Below are positions 58,113-64,000 of a stretch of DNA of 64,000 nt, piece after piece. The translations under genes and the position numbers were made by a program. The DNA comes from Candidatus Hydrogenedentota bacterium (GTDB lineage Bacteria; Hydrogenedentota; Hydrogenedentia; Hydrogenedentales; SLHB01). The stretch is from NCBI GenBank assembly GCA_963668025.2, contig CAXXTH010000018.1, positions 352,001 through 416,000 on the forward strand, in the 5' to 3' direction. The first letter of the stretch is position 1. Each line of letters opens with the position of its first letter. The notes beneath the pieces are model-generated. The model did not search any database. It was not told the DNA's origin and was given only the letters and a program-made list of their open reading frames with translations.

Positions 58113-59426
58113 ATGACAAAAATTGCGCGCAGGGAATTTATCGGGCTCGGAGCAGCCGCGACAGTCGGCATACTTACCGCTGGGGCTTGGGGCCAAACCG
58201 GGGAAAAGCCGAATGAGCTGGTGCGAATTGGAGTGGTAGGAACGGGCGGTCGCGGCTCCGGTCTCCTTGGCATGATGCTGCGAATGAAAGGCATCTCCGT
58301 ACCCGCGTTGTGCGATACGAACGCCGCCAATCTCGCTTACGCGCAGGGGCTTGTAGAAAAAGCAGGACTCCCAAAACCCGAAGGGTACTCCAAAGATGAG
58401 GAAGCGTTCCGTGATTTGATGGCGCGCGACGATATCGACGCCGTCATCATCGCAACGCCATGGCAGTGGCACACGCCCATGGCGGTCTGCGGCATGAAAT
58501 GTGGTAAATATGTCGGCGTGGAAGTTCCGGCGGCCTTGTCGCTCGAAGAGTGCTGGCAACTGGTGGACACCTACGAGGAAACCAAGATACCGTGCATGAT
58601 GCTCGAGAACTGGAGTTTCCGCCGCGACAACCTTGCCGTGCTCCATATGATCCGCGAAGGGCTGCTGGGCGAGATGGTCCATTGCCATTGCGCGCATTCC
58701 CACGACTGTATTGATGAATGGTTCTTCGATAAAGAAGGCAACATGCGCTGGGGCGGCGAATTCCTCGTAAAATACAACCGCGACCAGTATCCGACCCACA
58801 GCCTCGGCCCAGTGCTCAGTTGGATGGACATCAATTGCGGCGACGCCTTCGCCACAGTCACCTCAACCGCAACCGACTCCCGGGGCATCAACGCACACTT
58901 TTCCCGGAAATTCGGGCCCGATCATCCCAATGCGAAGCGGGAATACAAACAAGGCGACATCGTCACGTCCGTTATCCGAACCCACAAGGGCAAGTCGATT
59001 GTCGTGAACTACGACATGCAGTTGCCGCGCCCCTATGACAACCGGTGGATGATCCAAGGCACGCTTGGGCTTTATGATGAAGACAAGAGCGCGGTCTATT
59101 TGGAAGGGAAAAGCCCCACTCCTCATGCGTGGGAGCCGTTTGCGCCGTACCAGGAGCAATACGAGCATGCTTGGTGGAAAACCACCCGTGAAGAAGCGGA
59201 GAGCTTCGGGCATGATGGAACGGATTACATGGAATTGCGCAAGTTCCTCGACGCCGTCCGCACTAAAACTCAAACGCCGATAGACATTTATGACTCGGTC
59301 GTGATGTCTTGCCTGGTGCCATTGTCCGAGCAATCCATTAATCAAGGAAGCGCACCTGTCGAGTGCCCCGATTTCACCCGAGGAAAATGGAAGACCCAGA
59401 AACCTTCGTTCGCTATGGAAATCTAG
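58113..59426 (+). CDS. Tat-exported Gfo/Idh/MocA oxidoreductase, GH109-like
   Basis: ARREFIG Tat motif; GTGGRG, ATPW..H, EVPAA, MMLEN, YPTH. Confidence 0.9.
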   Translation: MTKIARREFIGLGAAATVGILTAGAWGQTGEKPNELVRIGVVGTGGRGSGLLGMMLRMKGISVPALCDTNAANLAYAQGLVEKAGLPKPEGYSKDEEAFRDLMARDDIDAVIIATPWQWHTPMAVCGMKCGKYVGVEVPAALSLEECWQLVDTYEETKIPCMMLENWSFRRDNLAVLHMIREGLLGEMVHCHCAHSHDCIDEWFFDKEGNMRWGGEFLVKYNRDQYPTHSLGPVLSWMDINCGDAFATVTSTATDSRGINAHFSRKFGPDHPNAKREYKQGDIVTSVIRTHKGKSIVVNYDMQLPRPYDNRWMIQGTLGLYDEDKSAVYLEGKSPTPHAWEPFAPYQEQYEHAWWKTTREEAESFGHDGTDYMELRKFLDAVRTKTQTPIDIYDSVVMSCLVPLSEQSINQGSAPVECPDFTRGKWKTQKPSFAMEI

Positions 59427-59458
59427 CGGTTCAACCCATATAACGGAATAAACACACC

Positions 59459-60508
59459 ATGAAAAATGACACCATGTCACCCCGGGAGCGATGGCTGGCC
59501 GTGTTGCAACGGCAGAAGCCCGACCGAGTGCCGATGGATATCTGGATTACGCCAGAGGCCAGCGAAGCGCTGTGCCGCCACATGGGCTGCGAATGGCCGG
59601 ATGTGCTAGACCGGCTCCACATCGACACGCCCCTCACCGTGGACGGGCGTTATGCCGGGCCGCTGCCCGAAGACGGCAAAGACATCTGGGGCATCCAGCA
59701 CAAAGCAGTGGATTATGGCACGGGCACGTACAGCGAAGCCGTGGCTGCGCCGCTGGCTGCGTACAATTCGGTCAGTGAAATCGAGGCCCATTACACTTGG
59801 CCGAATCCCGATCATTGGGACTACAGCCACCTGCCGCAAGAGGTTAATGGCCAGGAGCACCGCATCATCCGTGGCGGCGGTAGCGAGCCGTTCCTCCTGT
59901 ACAAGCTGCTTCGAGGCGACGCGCAGGCCTACCTGGACCTTATCATGAATCCCGATATCGTCCATTACTGCCTCGACCATATGTTCGAACTTGCGTACCA
60001 GAACACGCTCCGCATCTTCGAGGCCATCTCCGGCAAGGTGTCTATTACGTATGTCGCGGAGGATTTGGGCAGCCAGGAATCTCTGTTAATCTCTCCCGAG
60101 CACATCCGCGAATACTTGTTCCCCCGGATGAAGCGTATCATGGACCTGGCGCAGCAGAACGGCTCGTATGTGTTCACCCATTCGGACGGCTCGTTCCGGG
60201 AGGTCATCCCCGATCTCATCCGCATCGGAACCCAGGCATTAAACCCGATCCAGTGGCGTTGTACAGGCATGGACCGTGAAGGGCTCAAGCGGGATTTCGG
60301 CGATAGCCTCATTTTCCACGGCGGCGTCGACAACCAATATACGCTGCCCTTCGGCAGCGTCGAGGAAGTCCGCCAGGAAGTGCTGGACAATTATCGCATT
60401 CTGGGCGCGGGCGGCGGCTACATCCTCGCGCCATGCCACAATATCCAGTCAATCACGCCGCCCGAGAACATCATCGCTATGTACGAGACCGGGTATGAGT
60501 ACGGCTGA
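59459..60508 (+). CDS. Uroporphyrinogen decarboxylase-family (URO-D/MtaA-like) protein
   Basis: PDRVP, EDLGSQ..LLISP, HSDG, LNPIQ, FHGGVD.Q, APCHNIQ..TPPENI. Confidence 0.9.
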   Translation: MKNDTMSPRERWLAVLQRQKPDRVPMDIWITPEASEALCRHMGCEWPDVLDRLHIDTPLTVDGRYAGPLPEDGKDIWGIQHKAVDYGTGTYSEAVAAPLAAYNSVSEIEAHYTWPNPDHWDYSHLPQEVNGQEHRIIRGGGSEPFLLYKLLRGDAQAYLDLIMNPDIVHYCLDHMFELAYQNTLRIFEAISGKVSITYVAEDLGSQESLLISPEHIREYLFPRMKRIMDLAQQNGSYVFTHSDGSFREVIPDLIRIGTQALNPIQWRCTGMDREGLKRDFGDSLIFHGGVDNQYTLPFGSVEEVRQEVLDNYRILGAGGGYILAPCHNIQSITPPENIIAMYETGYEYG

Positions 60509-60535
60509 AGAATCCTCTTCGCTGTCATGAAAAGA

Positions 60536-60578
60536 CTTGCCCCGCCATCTAGGCTACAAACCTGGATGGCGGGGCAAG
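60536..60578. terminator. Terminator hairpin between convergent genes
   Basis: CTTGCCCCGCCATCTAGG / CCTGGATGGCGGGGCAAG. Confidence 0.85.
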
Positions 60579-60592
60579 CTCATTACTTGCGT

Positions 60593-63500
60593 CTATTGAA
60601 CCATCGAAGCTTTTTTCTTCCACGCAGCTATCATGAATACTGCCCCCGCAAGCAGGAAGGCCGCTAAGAGGGCATCCCATTCGAGCGGCAAGACAGGCAC
60701 ATCATTGGGATCATACGGATCAGAGCCAAGCTGCACTTCGATGCGGTCCGGCACGCCGTCATTGTCAGAATCGATATTGTCGGGATCACCAAGCACTTTC
60801 ACATCATCGATATTCCATCCGGAATATTGGAGTGCGAAGTCATTTTCGTCGGCATTGCCAAATACGGTATATCCCCAGCGCACATATACTTGAGCCTGCC
60901 GATCCGCCACTGCGGAAATGTCATACTGTACATCCGTCCAGGCGCGGTCCGTAATCACCTCTTCACTCGCCCAAATCGTTGTCCAGTTGGCATTGTCACT
61001 CGATACTTCCACTGTACACGGCACGTAATTGGGATGATCCGTATTGAGCCACCGCGCGAATGCGAGCTGGGTTTGCGTGTAGTAGGTGCAATCAAACGGC
61101 CCCGCCACGAGGTAATACGGCCCGCCGGGCATGATGTCATAATCGCCCGACAAATTGACGCCATATACAGTCGCACCGGTCTTGCCGCTCGTGGGATCAG
61201 GCCCGCCATAATAGGCGCCGCCGCCGCCCAGCGGCGCGCCATATTGCCATTGGCCATTGGCGGTCCAGGTAGACGGCTGGGAATCGAGCGTCACGAAATA
61301 GGCCACCTGCGGCTCCACCTCTAAATGGATCGTGCGTGAAACCGACAAGCCCGCGGTGGTATTCGTGAACAGCACCGTGGCCGCGTACGAGCCGCTCGAA
61401 AGCGCATCTGCCGCCGCATTGGGCGACACCGTTATAACCACGCTTTCGCCAGCAGCAATGGAGCCGCCCGATGGCGCGGCATCGAGCCAGGTATCCGAAG
61501 ATGCGGCGCTCCACTCAAACGCGCTGGCTCCTGGATTGCTGAGGGTAAACGCCACACTTGAGGGAGTGAATGGCCCATATACCGGTCCGGTGATAGGAGG
61601 AGCCACGCCTGGTTCGAGCATCAAGTCCTCGGACACCACTGAAAGTGTGCATGGAAGCGTTATTTCCGGCTGGGTAAGGTCGTTGCTCCGAATCACCAAA
61701 TCTACTGTGTACACACCCAACTCAAGGCCGGTCGCGTCAAACTTGAGCCATTTCTCGTTGGGCTCCGTTCCACTCACCACGGTCCCGCGCGCGGGCGACT
61801 CGAACGTAAGCCAGCTCGCGCCGCTGCCCGACACATAATCGAGCGCATTGGCCATGAGCGCAGCCCCATCCGTCGTGCTATCCCAAAGCAAACCGAGCCA
61901 CACCGTATCCGAAACAGGGAAGAAGCCCAAGTCCGCCCGGCGGACGCCGTTGTTTTCGCTTGCCGCAACCAAGATGCGCCCATCGGTCCATCGCGCGACA
62001 ATGTCCACGCCCGGATACGCGGTGTTGGCGCCGGGATGGAAACTCAGATCACCACCGGAGAATTCCGTTACGCCAGACATGATCGAGTGAGTGGGCTCCT
62101 CCACCACTCCAAGAGATTCTTCCTCATACCAAGCCACGTCATTTCGGTCCATCAGCACATAGTCCGAAGTGGCCCAGCGCCCGCCCATGACATAGCCGCT
62201 CAGGTCAAGAATATCGCCGCAGATCTCGAAGACACAGCCAACGACCCCGCCCCCTTCATCGACATAATCAGCCATGACATCGCCAAGGGTCGCCGCATCC
62301 GCATAGCTATCATTACTGAACACCAGCACGGCGGAAAACGCGCGCAACTCTTCGAGTTTCGGCGTAACCGCATGGAGATCTATCACCGTCACGCTCGTGA
62401 AGCGGCCCGTGCTGATCAGTTTGCTCCGCACATCGGACAAATATTCCGACGAATCTGCTCCACATACCGCCACGTCATACGCCCCTGACAACGGCGTGAC
62501 GCCCGCCTCCCCGGCCGTTAGGACCGAGGCGATATCATCCGGGCTGTCATATGCCACAGGACTAGAGCTTTCGGAATACAATTGTTTGATTATACGGTTG
62601 CTGCCCAATGAAAATGGGCCATATCCAATGCCGCTGCGAGTGCGCATCGATTCCACTGCTTGCTGAACGCGCGCGAAACGAACGGCGCGTTCTTCTTCGG
62701 TGGATATCGATGTATCCGAATTTTCCACGCGAATCAGATAAGACAGATCCGCTACGCCATCATTATAGATGCGCAGGCCGGGATCCAGCGTGGTTTGTTC
62801 ACCTTCCTTGAGCGTGATGTTAAGGGAATTGGGGGCTTCCACTCGGATGATCGGCGGCGGCGCATTGACAGCCAGCCTCACGCTCCGGTTGCGCGTCACA
62901 CTGGTCGCGGTGTTGGTGAACGTCACGAGATCCGTATAAACGCCCACGGCCAGCGCATCCACTTCCGCAGCCAGCGAAACATCCACCGTCACGGATTCAT
63001 CCGGCGCAAGCGAGCCGCCCGGCGACGAGAGTGCAAGCCAGGACTGGGAACACTCCACTGTCCAGTTGAGTGAAGTGCTTCCCCCATTGTGGAGCGTATA
63101 AGTGATGATCGAGGGGGAGAAAGGCCCGCCGATCACGCCTTCCGGCAGGAATCCCGTCTCCGGTGTGACTTCAAGGTCATCTATGATCTCAAACGCGGTC
63201 AGATCACTCTCGATATAGTCTTCCGGAAGGCCTTGGCCTTGGGAAAGGCCCGCCAAACCCTCTGATGCGTCCATTCTTAAATAGGTAATACGAATGGTTC
63301 CATCGAAATACATCTGGATTTGGAAGTTATTTTCATTATCCATGTCATAGATGGGGACGGCTTGCCAGGCCACCGACACATGGTCTGACCATTGCCGCCA
63401 GCTCACCACGCCCGACGTCTCCGGATCCAAATCATTCATCAGAGCACTGATACGAGGCAGGCTAAAATGGTGCTGCGTGGTAGCCGTATTACGCTCATCA

Positions 63501-64000
63501 TATTCGCCAAAACTGATATATCCATTGCTGCCTACATAAAAGGAAGAATAGGCGGTTCCGTAGAGTTGGACTTGTTTTCCGTCGGTGAGAGACACCTGGG
63601 TTGCGGAATCATCGTCTAGAAACAACCGGGTGTCCGAAACGGGATCATCTGGGAAAACGTCCGCGGGAAAGCTCTCAAGGGAGTAGTAACTAATCGAGCC
63701 ATTTGGCGTAAAGCGAAGCGCATGGTTCGCCAAATCGTTGTCTTCCGCGTCAAAAACCTCCGTGTAGTAATCAGGGCGTTCCAAGGTAGTAAAAGTATAG
63801 CCTGCGCCATTATTGTCATCCGTGGATGCATTTCCCGCACGGTCCGTGGATTCCACGGTGAAATAATACGGTGTTAATGGTTCAAGGTTGCTTAACGTCG
63901 TGCTATGGGTGTCACTCGATAAACTTATCGGCTTTGACTGATGGAGCGCATCCATGGCAAGGCCGTAGTGAATTACCGCCGTCACAGGCTCATTCGCATT
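60593..64000 (-). CDS. Large multidomain surface protein (Fn3, BACON-like and beta-sandwich domains) with C-terminal anchor; 5' end outside window
   Basis: LSNLEPLTPYYFTV (Fn3), two TL.N.G...W....WL...P.GG BACON-like repeats, GWNIDDV, DSDNDG.PD, ends VPVLPLEWDALLAAFLLAGAVFMIAAWKKK; frame open to 64000. Confidence 0.88.
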   Translation of the reverse strand, partial: NANEPVTAVIHYGLAMDALHQSKPISLSSDTHSTTLSNLEPLTPYYFTVESTDRAGNASTDDNNGAGYTFTTLERPDYYTEVFDAEDNDLANHALRFTPNGSISYYSLESFPADVFPDDPVSDTRLFLDDDSATQVSLTDGKQVQLYGTAYSSFYVGSNGYISFGEYDERNTATTQHHFSLPRISALMNDLDPETSGVVSWRQWSDHVSVAWQAVPIYDMDNENNFQIQMYFDGTIRITYLRMDASEGLAGLSQGQGLPEDYIESDLTAFEIIDDLEVTPETGFLPEGVIGGPFSPSIITYTLHNGGSTSLNWTVECSQSWLALSSPGGSLAPDESVTVDVSLAAEVDALAVGVYTDLVTFTNTATSVTRNRSVRLAVNAPPPIIRVEAPNSLNITLKEGEQTTLDPGLRIYNDGVADLSYLIRVENSDTSISTEEERAVRFARVQQAVESMRTRSGIGYGPFSLGSNRIIKQLYSESSSPVAYDSPDDIASVLTAGEAGVTPLSGAYDVAVCGADSSEYLSDVRSKLISTGRFTSVTVIDLHAVTPKLEELRAFSAVLVFSNDSYADAATLGDVMADYVDEGGGVVGCVFEICGDILDLSGYVMGGRWATSDYVLMDRNDVAWYEEESLGVVEEPTHSIMSGVTEFSGGDLSFHPGANTAYPGVDIVARWTDGRILVAASENNGVRRADLGFFPVSDTVWLGLLWDSTTDGAALMANALDYVSGSGASWLTFESPARGTVVSGTEPNEKWLKFDATGLELGVYTVDLVIRSNDLTQPEITLPCTLSVVSEDLMLEPGVAPPITGPVYGPFTPSSVAFTLSNPGASAFEWSAASSDTWLDAAPSGGSIAAGESVVITVSPNAAADALSSGSYAATVLFTNTTAGLSVSRTIHLEVEPQVAYFVTLDSQPSTWTANGQWQYGAPLGGGGAYYGGPDPTSGKTGATVYGVNLSGDYDIMPGGPYYLVAGPFDCTYYTQTQLAFARWLNTDHPNYVPCTVEVSSDNANWTTIWASEEVITDRAWTDVQYDISAVADRQAQVYVRWGYTVFGNADENDFALQYSGWNIDDVKVLGDPDNIDSDNDGVPDRIEVQLGSDPYDPNDVPVLPLEWDALLAAFLLAGAVFMIAAWKKKASMVQ

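Overview
Bacterial chromosomal window, moderately GC-rich. The gene content (DUF1559/H-X9-DG prepilin-type proteins, [LV]P[VL]-TM-basic C-terminal anchors, Rex-controlled [FeFe]-hydrogenase, sulfatase) suggests Candidatus Hydrogenedentes or a similar anaerobic glycan degrader; this is an inference. Main contents: (1) a partial PAS/LOV-like sensor behind a structured leader; (2) housekeeping and envelope genes (rhaA, murJ, lnt, mpl, a sigma54-type pilin); (3) a rex-hydCBA bifurcating [FeFe]-hydrogenase operon that continues into a sensory-hydrogenase histidine kinase and two receiver proteins, interrupted by a frameshifted four-helix-bundle gene inside inverted heptamer arrays; (4) an orphan CheD-CheR fusion; (5) two carbohydrate loci, each opening with a DUF1559 prepilin gene followed by a surface-anchored non-catalytic protein, with LacI/AraC regulators, an ABC importer and glycoside hydrolases, three of which lack the canonical acid/base glutamate; (6) many palindromic intergenic repeats and one REP-bounded tandem duplication. 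No rRNA, tRNA, CRISPR array or intact transposase was seen. The best candidate for an undescribed system is the repeated prepilin + anchored lectin-like pair, a possible SusCD-independent glycan-capture module. All family calls are from motif recognition by eye, not database searches.
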